A stretch of 64,000 bases of DNA from Octopus bimaculoides (taxonomy: Eukaryota). Position numbers and translations under genes: made by a program. How positions within the stretch are numbered: position 1 is the stretch's first letter; the number at the start of each line of letters is the position of its first letter. This document shows, one piece after another, positions 12,381 to 23,937 of this stretch. The stretch spans positions 60,441,713 through 60,505,712 of the forward strand of contig NC_068992.1 in NCBI RefSeq assembly GCF_001194135.2. Direction: 5' to 3'. Under the pieces are notes generated by a model. That model did no database searches. It saw only the letters and a list, made by a program, of their open reading frames with translations, and had not been told where the DNA came from.

Positions 12381-12610
12381 CCTTGAGCAAGACACTTTAT
12401 TTCCCGTTGCTCCAGTCCACTCACCTGGCAAAAATGAGTAGTGCCTGTATTTCAAAGGGCCGGCTTTGTCATAGAGTGTGTCACGCTGAATCTCGCTGAC
12501 AACTACGTGTCTGTGGAGTGCTCAGTCACTTGCACGTTAATTTCACGAGCAGGCTGTTCCGTTGATCGGATCAGCTGGGACCTTCGTCGTCGTAACCGAT
12601 AGAGTGTTCC
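12381..12610 (+). mobile_element. SINE body and 3' part (family C type), 5'-truncated
   Basis: Starts ccttgagcaagacactttatttcccgttgctccagtccac, the segment that follows the tRNA head in family C (compare 17460 onward). Ends gtcgtcgtaaccgatagagtg. Confidence 0.7.
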
Positions 12611-12613
12611 TTT

Positions 12614-12658
<45 letters not shown>

Positions 12659-13287
12659 TATATATATATGTANNNNNNNNNNNNNNNNNNNNNNNNNNNN
12701 NNNNNNNNNNNNNNNNNNNNNNNNNNNNNNNNNNNNNNNNNNNNNNNNNNNNNNNNNNNNNNNNNNNNNNNNNNNNNNNNNNNNNNNNNNNNNNNNNNNN
12801 NNNNNNNNNNNNNNNNNNNNNNNNNNNNNNNNNNNNNNNNNNNNNNNNNNNNNNNNNNNNNNNNNNNNNNNNNNNNNNNNNNNNNNNNNNNNNNNNNNNN
12901 NNNNNNNNNNNNNNNNNNNNNNNNNNNNNNNNNNNNNNNNNNNNNNNNNNNNNNNNNNNNNNNNNNNNNNNNNNNNNNNNNNNNNNNNNNNNNNNNNNNN
13001 NNNNNNNNNNNNNNNNNNNNNNNNNNNNNNNNNNNNNNNNNNNNNNNNNNNNNNNNNNNNNNNNNNNNNNNNNNNNNNNNNNNNNNNNNNNNNNNNNNNN
13101 NNNNNNNNNNNNNNNNNNNNNNNNNNNNNNNNNNNNNNNNNNNNNNNNNNNNNNNNNNNNNNNNNNNNNNNNNNNNNNNNNNNNNNNNNNNNNNNNNNNN
13201 NNNNNNNNNNNNNNNNNNNNNNNNNNNNNNNNNNNNNNNNNNNNNNNNNNNNNNNNNNNNNNNNNNNNNNNNNNNNNNNNNNNNNNN

Positions 13288-13342
<55 letters not shown>

Positions 13343-13385
13343 GATACATGCGTACACACTTACATACACACTTACATACACACAA

Positions 13386-13421
<36 letters not shown>

Positions 13422-13949
13422 GTAAAGAGAGAGTGATACTAACCATATAATGTTACAGTGCTATTAGTGGGAGATGCCGTTATGGAATATTATCGTTTCA
13501 AAGCACTGTTGTAATAGAGTAGGCATTGGTGAAGACTGCGCTTTCGCAAAGAAGCTGGAGATAGTTTTACTTGTGTTACTAATTAGATTACTAACAACTA
13601 TACATGTGTGAGAAGCGACTTTATCAATACATATGCTTCCTGTTTGGCTTAATGTAAGGCTTCTATTACCAGTGCGTGTGCGCGTGTTTGTATGTGTGTG
13701 TTTCTTAGTACTAAGATCTAAGAAAATTTACGATGATTTGTTTAGTGGTTATATCTAGTTGTAAGCCGACATTCTTGAATGTGTTAATGAGGTCTTTTCT
13801 AAAGGTATGTATTGTATGCCAGTTATTATTATCAGAAACGCTAACACGTCATCTGTGTGAGTATATATATATATATGTGTGTGTATGTGTGTGTGAAGAT
13901 ATATTTATATATATATATATCACTTATTTAGTAGGTATATAAATGGGCA

Positions 13950-14078
13950 ACTTTAGCTATTTCTTCGTTGATTGAAAAATCTGATGAACAGCCTTATTCG
14001 ATTTTCGAACCTTATTGACGTCTCATCAGAGGTGTGTGCATAAATTTCATCAATCCTATAGAATCAAGCAGCCATTCT
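13950..14078 (-). repeat. right arm of the 129-bp inverted repeat
   Basis: Reverse complement of 12252-12380, ~95% identical. Confidence 0.9.
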
Positions 14079-16100
14079 GTTGATATACTGAAAAATTTCA
14101 CTTGCTACAGAGAATTGGAGCTAGTAATTTTCATATTTTATTTTAACACTTTATTCAATACCAGGGACCTGTCGATGGAGATGTCAGTGAACACCGGTTC
14201 AAGGCGTGATATAATATATGTAACCTATGTAGTAGATAAATAAGCAAAGCTAATTTAGTTATTTCTGCATAGATTGAAAAACATTATAAATGTCCTTAAT
14301 TGGTTTCCTACCCTTATTGAAATACCTCATAAGAGTTATGTGCATCAATTTGAATAATCCCAAAGAAACAAGCGACTAATCTGCTTATATACTAAGCAAT
14401 TCAGCAGCTATAGAGAAACGGAGATGTTAATTTGCAAATTGTAAATGTTAACGCTTTATTTAATATTGGAAGCCTCTCTAAGGAGTCCGCAGTCCACAAA
14501 TAACAAGGTATGATATTATATAAATAACATATGTGGAAGATATATAAACAAGGCAAAATTAATGTAAGATCCAGGGATCGAAGTGTAGGAAGAAAGTTAG
14601 CTTCCAGCAATCCGTAGAAAATATATATAAAAAAAACAACTTTCAAGAACAATAGTGGTTCATTGAGACGAAAGATTGCAGATTATTTTTTTTTATGGAA
14701 TAATTATGTGCAGAAAAATTTTTTATATTCCACGGTAGGCGAGAATGCGAAAAAGATAACAAGAGTTACAGAATGGAGTAGGAAAAATCCGGGTTGCATA
14801 TGAGGGTCCACTCGTTCTGAAAAATATGTACCTCGGATTTTTAGATAGATACAGTTTTATATATATATATATNNNNNNNNNNNNNNNNNNNNNNNNNNNN
14901 NNNNNNNNNNNNNNNNNNNNNNNNNNNNNNNNNNNNNNNNNNNNNNNNNNNNNNNNNNNNNNNNNNNNNNNNNNNNNNNNNNNNNNNNNNNNNNNNNNNN
15001 NNNNNNNNNNNNNNNNNNNNNNNNNNNNNNNNNNNNNNNNNNNNNNNNNNNNNNNNNNNNNNNNNNNNNNNNNNNNNNNNNNNNNNNNNNNNNNNNNNNN
15101 NNNTATATATATATATATTTATATATATATATATATATATATGTATATGTATATATATATGTATGTATGTATGTGTGTGTGTATATATGTGTGTATGCGC
15201 CTGTGTGTAATTATATGATTTATATGTATGCATGTGTATTTCTTTGTGCTGAGTTGATTCTATTTTCTCCTAATGTATTCATTAGAATCCTTATTGGTCA
15301 AACTGAATAATGGTGTTTGTATGTAAATAGAGTTCAGCATCGTGTCAATTATTGCGCAACTGCGGAGGATTTCCTAGTTTCTATGTCTGTTACGCTCTTC
15401 TTATATATTCCTTTTACTCTCCCTTCGTATTTATGCGAAAATTACTCTCTTAAAAAAAGGTATGAACACAGGTATTTCTCATCTGCTTTGTGCATGTATG
15501 ATAGTATTTGTGGACATCGGTCATCTGTCTGTTAAGTCAATATGACGCAGTGGCCAGTACTATTGAAAACTCATTTAATATATATTATTGATGTAAGGAC
15601 GAACACAATATAGTTGTCAAATATTATCTGAAAACACGGTGTAAGTAGTTTAGCCGTAGAAGGAGTTTCAAATGAGATCGATGCTGTTTACGTAGAGCTA
15701 TCATCTTTCATATGAATTATGGTGTGATAGGAATCAATCGAAATATTGAACTATATCGATATATGACAGCCGTTTTAAACACATTTAATTATCGAATTTT
15801 TTTAATGTAATATATCTGTCTTTCTGAGCCATTTATAAGGATACCATGTTACTATGTAAGTTTTATGCATTGACTTTCAGCCTAGGATGATGTCTTAATG
15901 ATGTCTTAATGCAGTATGTAGGTGTTTCCCAGTAATAGCAGCCAAATCCTTCTCAAAGTCACACCTAAATGCTTTAAAACAGAAATAACGAGGAGTGTAG
16001 ATACGGGATAGACATGGTTGGAAGATTTGATCAATCAAGACATTCATTGAGGTAAGCAACAATTGTATCACAATCACAGCTTCACATGTAACACGCAGGT

Positions 16101-16260
16101 AATATTAGCTTCAAGTTTTGGCACAAACAATTTCGGTGGAAGGATTGAGTTCATTTCATCGACCGCAGAATTCAGCTGGTATTTCTTTTATCGACCCCGA
16201 AGACAGGAAAGGCAAAGTCGACCTGGGCGGAATTTGAACTCAGAACGTAAAGACGGAGGA
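16101..16260 (-). mobile_element. SINE family A fragment
   Basis: tatcgaccccgaagacaggaaaggcaaagtcgacctgggcggaatttgaactcagaacgtaa matches the reverse complement of family A. Confidence 0.8.
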
Positions 16261-17195
16261 GATCAGAGAGATAATATTATAAATGACGTAATTCTCGTTT
16301 GCTGTCAGGCTGAAACCAGACCCAAACAAGTCAACATGTCATCAAAATCATTCTTACTGTAATTATTCTATCTTCTTTTTAGGCACAGCACTTCGAGGAC
16401 TACATTACCTAATGAGTCCTTACTTCTTTTAAAAAGTACATTATATTTTAAGGGAGGCTTTCTACTATTTGTTGCTCATCGAAAAGTGATGGAAGCACTC
16501 TGGGACTGTCTCAGTTGAACATACAAGCCAACGAGAAATTACATAGCTACCAATCTTTCCTTAAATCTCTTTTTACTGTTTTAACTGAAGGAAGGTTATA
16601 TTACTTGATGTGGTCTTAAGCATATTAGTTTTCAATAAAAATTGGATCGTCATGACTGGAACGCCTTTGATTATAAATCTCGATGAGATATGACCCGGGA
16701 CTACACAACAACAACGTTTATGAAATTGATCAGAACATTTCCTATAATTGATTCGATGGTGTCGCTAAAGTGTATTGACCGAAGGAGAACCAGAACTAGG
16801 AATAATACTTCATGAAAAGATCTTTGACCGTGCAATGAATAATATCTCGCCGCCTCAATACTAAGTCCATAATGGATATTGGCCAGTATAGCTGGAAACA
16901 CATTTCATAAATATGTAATAATATATCATTGAAATAAGGTTGGCTGGCTATAACATTCTGAACTATTATAGGTCAACACGGTGAATGAATGTACTTTATC
17001 TGTAGGACATTTTCAAATGAGACACGTGATCACAAGTGGAGTAATCATCTTTCATATGAATAGAGATGTGATGAGAATAAATGGATATTTGTAATAAGTC
17101 AGTCGTTGGCAATCATTTTATACATCGTTTAATCATCTGCCTTTTCAATCTAAGATGTATATGATACTAAGCTTACAACAATAAGAACTTTGTAG

Positions 17196-17249
<54 letters not shown>

Positions 17250-17371
17250 ATTGTCTGTATGTATACATACTTATGTATGTACATATCTATACATATTTAC
17301 ATATATTTGAATAGGTATAAATATATATAAACATATGTATATAAATATGTGTCTGTACATGTGCATATATA

Positions 17372-17615
17372 GAAGGTGCGTGGCTTAGTGGTTAGGGGTG
17401 TTTCACTCATAATCGTAAGATCGTGGTGTCGATTCCTGTACAGGGCGATGTACTGTCTTTGACAGCAAAACACTTTATTTGATGTTGCTGCAGTCCACTA
17501 AGCACCTACAAATCAATAATCATGCGACGGGCCAGTGTCCCGTCCAGAGAGAAGTTATATACGCCACAGAATCCTATGAAGCAGTCTTACGATCCGACGA
17601 CTCGGGAAGAACCCT
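17372..17615 (+). mobile_element. tRNA-derived SINE, family C
   Basis: A box tggcttagtgg and B-box-like gtcgattcc, followed by the tctttgacagcaaaacactttatt body segment. Confidence 0.75.
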
Positions 17616-17652
17616 TCGTTCATTCATTCATACATACATACACACATACATA

Positions 17653-17703
17653 AAGAAGAAGAAGAAGAAGAAGAAGAAGAAGAAGAAGAAGAAGAAGAAG
17701 AAG

Positions 17704-17733
<30 letters not shown>
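17653..17733. repeat. (AAG)n microsatellite
   Basis: Direct reading. Confidence 0.95.
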
Positions 17734-17734
<1 letters not shown>

Positions 17735-18194
17735 GAGGGGGAACGGAAAGGGTGAAGAAAAGCAGAAAAAGCAGAAGAAAGGAAAAAGGAAAAGAAAAAC
17801 AAGGACAAGAATACGATGAAGAAGAAGAGTATCAACATCATAGAAAAGAACAAGGAAACCACCAAAACAACAAAAGCAGCAGCAACGACATCAACAGCAG
17901 CAGCAACATTAACAAAACATGATTAGGATCAACATCATCATCAACAACATGAACAACAAGAATAACAACAAAATACGACTAGAAAAGAACGAACTAATGC
18001 GGGAGCCTTGACAGAGTTCTCTCCCCCTACTAATAACCACATCCCGACCATCTTTAGCTTTTAAATGATGGATCTTATCAGTTGATGTTTCATTAGAGGA
18101 TATCGGCCATTATCAGTTTTGACATCTCAAACATTGTACATGGATACAGCCAAATCCATGTACATTAAAGAAGAGTGAATATTTTATGCCACTA

Positions 18195-18405
18195 AGGGGG
18201 TGAGCTGGCAGAATAGTTAGCACGCCGGACAAAGTGCTTAGCAGCATTTGGTCCGGTTTTACGTTTCGAGCTCAAATACTGTCGAGGTTGACTTTGCCTT
18301 TCATCCATTTCGGGGTTGATAAAATAAATACCAGTCGAGCAGTGGTGTCAATGTAGTTGATTTACCCACTTCCTCGAAATTCTTGATTTTGAGCCAAAAT
18401 TTCGA
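18195..18405 (+). mobile_element. SINE family A
   Basis: ggtgagctggcagaatagttagcacgccggac...gactttgcctttcatcc...aataccagt, co-linear with 35043-35297. Confidence 0.85.
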
Positions 18406-18479
18406 TGCTGAAATTATAGATTTGATTGTGCCAAAGAGTAACAATTATTGTAATTTTTGTATTTAATTAAAGTGGAAAT

Positions 18480-18781
18480 GTGGAGGCGCAATGGCCCAGT
18501 CGGACGATCGCGGTTTCGATTCCCAGACCGGGCGCTGTGAGTGTTTATTGAGCGAAAACACCTAAAGCTCCACGAGGCTCCGGCAGGGTGTGGTGGGAGT
18601 GGAGACCCCTGTTGTACTCTTTCGCCCCAACATTCTCTCACTCTTTCTTCCTGTTTCTTGAGTAATGCTGCGATGGACGGGCGTCCCGTCCAGCTGGGGG
18701 GGGGGGGGGGTGACACATACGCCATAGAAATCGGGTAACCGGGCCCATGAGCCTAGCTAGGCTTTGAAATGGCGACGAAAG
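18480..18781 (+). mobile_element. tRNA-derived SINE, family D, full length with an 11-bp target-site duplication
   Basis: Head tggaggcgcaatggcccag...ggtttcgattccc and central gctgcgatggacgggcgtcccgtccag. Flanked by aaagtggaaat at 18469-18479 and 18782-18792. Confidence 0.8.
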
Positions 18782-19146
18782 AAAGTGGAAATAAGTATGA
18801 AAATTATCCTTAAGATATCCTTAAGATATGTAGCTCACTATCTCTTAAGATAGAGAGGTACTGTTTTTTTTTCTTTGCCCGTTTGGCGCACACATTCGCG
18901 TAACCCTCTCCCGCCGTTTAAGGCTTAATATCGAAGGGCAATATAGGAATATGAATTCTTCGTTATCTTTTGAAATAATCACGACTAGAAACCTTTTGGT
19001 CATAGGTAAACTCCGAGTTGATTTGGAGATAAAGAGCATCAACAGACACAACAATTATAAGATAAGAATAACGAATAATAATAATAATAATGGTTTAAAA
19101 TGTTGCCATGTGTGTGCATGGGTGCCTTGGTGTGTGCTTTTATGAT

Positions 19147-19305
19147 TATTTTATTAAAGCTGCAAACAAACTTCACTAAACTGTTACTCAGAGTTTCACG
19201 AAACCATTCATCGCACAGTTGTAGTAATGTCTATTGTCTGATGAACGGTCACGTGAAAATCTGAGTGACAGTTTCGTGAGGTTTGTTTACGGCTTTAATA
19301 AAATA
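19147..19305. repeat. 159-bp foldback (hairpin) element with an HHR-like core in the right arm
   Basis: 71-bp arms at 19147-19217 and 19235-19305 with 11 mismatches, and a 17-nt spacer. Confidence 0.85.
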
Positions 19306-19746
19306 GTGTGTGTGTGTGTGCGCGCGTGTTGCTTTCAATAATCGAATAGTTAGTTAAATAGTTTCAGCTACTTACTATCTTATTTTTATGATATATGATT
19401 TTATTTATCGTAGTTTATATACAATAGTAAAATTAATTATAGGTCCCCAGCGGTCTAATCGTTGGTTGATAGCATATCTAAATGGTGTAAAGAAGGCTTG
19501 TCAATAAAATGGAGTATATTAATTGACTTCGATCTTAAAGCATCAGCTTTTCCATTCTCTCGAGGACATTGGCGCACACACGCACACATGAATATTTGAT
19601 AACTACTTTATGTTATGGACCATTGGAAGTCAAAAAGTAAAGTAGAACCTGGCGAGACATGAATTTGAACTCGTAAAGGACAGGAACTTAATACAACGAC
19701 GCATTTTCGTATCACTCCGACGAGGCCACAAATAAGACACATTTAA

Positions 19747-19814
<68 letters not shown>

Positions 19815-20434
19815 NNNNNNNNNNNNNNNNNNNNNNNNNNNNNNNNNNNNNNNNNNNNNNNNNNNNNNNNNNNNNNNNNNNNNNNNNNNNNNNNNNNNNN
19901 NNNNNNNNNNNNNNNNNNNNNNNNNNNNNNNNNNNNNNNNNNNNNNNNNNNNNNNNNNNNNNNNNNNNNNNNNNNNNNNNNNNNNNNNNNNNNNNNNNNN
20001 NNNNNNNNNNNNNNNNNNNNNNNNNNNNNNNNNNNNNNNNNNNNNNNNNNNNNNNNNNNNNNNNNNNNNNNNNNNNNNNNNNNNNNNNNNNNNNNNNNNN
20101 NNNNNNNNNNNNNNNNNNNNNNNNNNNNNNNNNNNNNNNNNNNNNNNNNNNNNNNNNNNNNNNNNNNNNNNNNNNNNNNNNNNNNNNNNNNNNNNNNNNN
20201 NNNNNNNNNNNNNNNNNNNNNNNNNNNNNNNNNNNNNNNNNNNNNNNNNNNNNNNNNNNNNNNNNNNNNNNNNNNNNNNNNNNNNNNNNNNNNNNNNNNN
20301 NNNNNNNNNNNNNNNNNNNNNNNNNNNNNNNNNNNNNNNNNNNNNNNNNNNNNNNNNNNNNNNNNNNNNNNNNNNNNNNNNNNNNNNNNNNNNNNNNNNN
20401 NNNNNNNNNNNNNNNNNNNNNNNNNNNNNNNNNN

Positions 20435-20471
<37 letters not shown>

Positions 20472-20612
20472 ATATATACATATATATATGTAAATATATA
20501 TATATATGTATATGTATATAAATTCATGTGTGTATGTATATATGTATATATACACACGCACATTAAGATAAGAGAATGATGCAGTGATATGTAGAGTACA
20601 TATATGCATATC

Positions 20613-20644
<32 letters not shown>

Positions 20645-21473
20645 TGTGTGTCTGTGCGTTTGTGTGTGTTTGTGTGTGTGTATAAACACATACATATATA
20701 ATGCGTCTTATCAAAATCAATTCAGCTGCTGACACGTTTTATAGCTTCGAAGCTTCACTATTAGTTTTCTGAATATTTTTCTGACTGGCATTTCCCATTT
20801 ACTTTACGTGTAAGTGTCCAGTGCAAGTTATAAAAACAACTCGCTGTTATTACATGGAAGAGCGTTGCAGTCAGATTCCTTAGGGATTGCTTTAAAATCA
20901 ATATTGATAATAGAATAAATCATCTCCAGTTATCCATCTCCTTAGCAACATTACTGCCACATGTGCTCTACACAAACACTATGTAGTTCAGACGCAAGGA
21001 ATTCATTTATGATTCTGAAGTTGATTTAACTTTGAAGGAGAAACTGGAAACGGAGAGCTGAGGACTGTTGATAGCCTGATATTCTTCCATATTACTGCTG
21101 AACAAAATGATTTGCGTCGATAAATATTTACCGTCACCACGAAAGGCCATATTGCATATAGATTAACACTTTGGAAATTTTCTACCATGTGAAATATTTA
21201 CCTTATAAATCATTGCACTAGGCTAAATAAGTGTCAGGAAAACGTCTCTTTTGTTGGATAGGCTTCTGGGTTTAGAAGTAAAACAATGGAAAACTTTGAT
21301 TATTAATGAGGTTCATTACTGCGTCCTACGTTTTTGCGACAGATATGTCATAGAATTTAATAGAAGGGGGGAAACTTTTAAGGAACCAATTATAGAGAAC
21401 GTGTATGACTGGATTGATAATGTGCCCAGGTGGTAAATTTTCCTATTTCGATTGAGTTTGTGGGCGAAGTAAT

Positions 21474-21835
21474 AGGTGGCGAGTAAAGTGTGATCCATTC
21501 GATATAGGATGCAAAGGGTTTGCAGGCTAGTTTGTCTGCTGAGCTTACAACATGCTTAGCATCACAGGAGCTTGTAAGCAGTAAGCCATCTCGCTGGTTG
21601 TGGAGGCAACAGAGGTTGTCTCAAGGTGGTTGTTGATCAGCAGGTGAAAGCCCTGAAAGGGACATTGCTGCTAGCAATCATGCTAAATGGACACAAGGCG
21701 GGGATGGATCAAACCCAAATGGGTTAACTAGGTGAGGGTGTCCAAATTTGAAAGACACGAAATGTCTAATGGCTCCAGGAAGCAAAAATGATGGATCCAT
21801 GTGAATCCCAAAACGATATATGGAAAAACTCATCC
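21474..21835 (+). mobile_element. 3' end of a restriction-like-endonuclease non-LTR retrotransposon (HERO/R4-type), degenerate
   Basis: Frame 21474-21647 reads RWRVKCDPFDIGCKGFAG*FVC*AYNMLSITGACKQ*AISLVVEATEVVSRWLLISR*, matching the recalled HERO C-terminus GW.A.C.P.EVGCRGFAG....AAE.ASRWLW. It is followed by a HERO-like 3' UTR (tggacacaaggcgggg...ggtgagggtgtc). Confidence 0.7.
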
Positions 21836-22189
21836 AAAATCAACTTGCTGGCTGCAAACGAATAAAAGCTATCCAGATGAAAATAAACGATTTTGACAAT
21901 CTGAATCTGATAAATATTTGATAAAAGTTTACCATCCGTGAAATAGTATATACTTTAGGTGTTTCGATCCTGATAAATAAAAAGAAAATCATGCTAGTTC
22001 AAGAAAAGTCCATTATGAAAGAAATTCCAACAATGACCATCCGTAGTTTGGCGTATTCGGTGCTACAGTGTTAAATAAGGCCCTTTTCTTTTTATTTTTC
22101 AAGATATCCATATTAGGTTGACTCGACAGGTATATGTAAAAGGTCGGTTGGTCTCATTCTGTTAACACTGTAATTACCGTTTCGAAACC

Positions 22190-22420
22190 ATAAGGTGGTG
22201 AGGTGTTACAAAGATTATCAAACCGGCGGGACAAAATGATTAGTTGTATTTCTTCCGGATTCACTTTCTGAGTTAAAATTCCACCAACATCGACTTTGCC
22301 TTTTTATCCTTTCGGGGTTGATAAATTAAGTACCAGTGAAACCCTGGGATCATTGTATCGACTTGTACCCTCCCCACGAATTTGAGGCCTTGTACCTTTA
22401 GAAGAGAAGATTATTATTAT
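22190..22420 (+). mobile_element. SINE family A
   Basis: tgagttaaaattccaccaacatcgactttgcc...cctttcggggttgataaattaagtaccag. Confidence 0.8.
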
Positions 22421-22434
22421 GATAACGAAACATT

Positions 22435-22830
22435 TTGATGCCGGACACAAAGTCCATTTCAAACAATGCAAGTAAACAGATTTGGCAGAATAGTGTAATG
22501 ACTAAAAGAATTGGAAATATAATGTATTTAATAAAAGGCCAACGATGGAAGCATAATCGACACCTAAATCAATCAAAAACCAGACATACAGAAGAAAGGA
22601 AGGAAATCCTAATGGAAGTGTTTGACGACATGTTCGATGTACCAGCACCGAAAGAGATTGAACCTAGAAGGAGCAGTAAGAGGAAACGTAAACAAACTGA
22701 CCATTTAGAAATAATTCCAAAGCAAAAATGGTACTGAATTCCCTAGGGAAGCAAAATTTCAAAAAGGGAGAAGTGTTGGAAAGAAAGAAAAAATAAAATA
22801 ATAAAATAAATTCGTTTCTAAAGAAAGTTG
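22435..22830 (+). mobile_element. Ty3/Gypsy (K02A2.6-like) integrase C-terminal remnant, polypurine tract and LTR start
   Basis: ORF ...KRIGNIMYLIKGQRWKHNRHLNQSKTR...PRRSSKRKRK..* resembles the Gypsy integrase tail (RIG..MY.V....KRH.NQL; PRRS.R.R). The stop is followed by a purine run aaaaagggagaag (22761-22773) and TGTTG (22774). Confidence 0.65.
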
Positions 22831-23093
22831 AAATCTTAAAAGGGAAGATGTTGTGGCGAGTGAACGCCTTGCAGGAATAGACTTGACCGAACGGCTAGAA
22901 ATAGAAGCCGTCTGAGTGAGAGACGCAGAGTAGGCGTTAATCGCTTTTGTTTAAATCCTTGTGGTTCGGTTGAGTATTCGTGTTTATCTGATTGTTGAAG
23001 GCTTAGTGCCAATTGTTGAATTTTGTTGAAGACTGTTGCCGTTTTGTCTGTGTATTTGTTTGCTTTCTTTCCTCCATTTAGGGGCGAAGAGAC

Positions 23094-23660
23094 TTGGAAA
23101 AGATGAATAGCGAACCGGAACGAACCCATGCCTGGAGCTATGCTTCGGCGACGAATGCGCTGGAGATACGAGAAGTGAAAATTGAAAGAGAGAAGCTGGA
23201 GAGTTGCAAGGAACTAATCCAGAAGGAGGGGTCAAGTTTAAAGTCGACCCCTCCAGAGGAAGTAATCAGCAGAACGAGGAGGACGCTGTACATAACCAAT
23301 AAAATAGAGATGGCATCAGAGGAAGCCATTGAGAAATGCATGGAAGAAGTGAAGAGTGCTGCGACATTCTACAATAGAGGGAGAAGATATAGCACAGTGG
23401 AGGTGAGGCTTGCCACCGAAGAAAAAGCAATAAATCACTCCACTGTGCCGCTGAGATCACAAGAATGGTTGCAGAATGCATTCCTAGAATACAGAATGAT
23501 ACTCTTTACTGAACACATTGAGAGATACGCAAAACAACTTACTACACAATGTGTAATCTTTCCTTTCTATCAATGTCATTTTGGAACACCAACACAAGTT
23601 ACATTAAATAAGGAAACCTATTTCACTGAAAAATATAAGGCAAAACTTAACCATTTCTAG
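23094..23660 (+). CDS. probable retrotransposon ORF1/gag-like N-terminal fragment (real-looking only to ~23480)
   Basis: Stop-free, protein-like and GC-richer for ~130 codons (MNSEPERTHAWSYASA...RGRRYSTVEVRLATEEKA...PLRSQEWL), then shifts abruptly to AT-rich sequence. No catalytic motif was recognised, so the family call is tentative. Confidence 0.4.
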   Translation: MEKMNSEPERTHAWSYASATNALEIREVKIEREKLESCKELIQKEGSSLKSTPPEEVISRTRRTLYITNKIEMASEEAIEKCMEEVKSAATFYNRGRRYSTVEVRLATEEKAINHSTVPLRSQEWLQNAFLEYRMILFTEHIERYAKQLTTQCVIFPFYQCHFGTPTQVTLNKETYFTEKYKAKLNHF

Positions 23661-23790
23661 CATTTTTGAATAAGGAAACTTACCTCATTGAATAATATAA
23701 ACCAAATCTGAACCATTTCTATCATTTTACTCTAGCAGAACCAAATCATGTTAAATTAACAAAACTTAATCATTCCCAACATTTTTTATT

Positions 23791-23937
23791 ATCTCCCTGT
23801 GCTCAACTGGTACTTATTCTATCGATCCCGAAAGGCTGAATAGACTAAGTCAACCGTAGCAGATTTGAACTGGGAACGTAAATAGACGGATAAATAGACA
23901 CTTAGCATTTCATCCGGTGTGCTTACGATTCAGCTTA
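23791..23937 (-). mobile_element. SINE family A fragment
   Basis: actggtacttattctatcgatcccgaaagg...gatttgaactgggaacgtaa. Confidence 0.7.

Noticed and set aside
17372-17450. Possible tRNA genes here and at 11141, 18480, 24836 and 35043
   Set aside because: A/B boxes are present, but there is no complete cloverleaf and each runs into a multi-copy SINE body.
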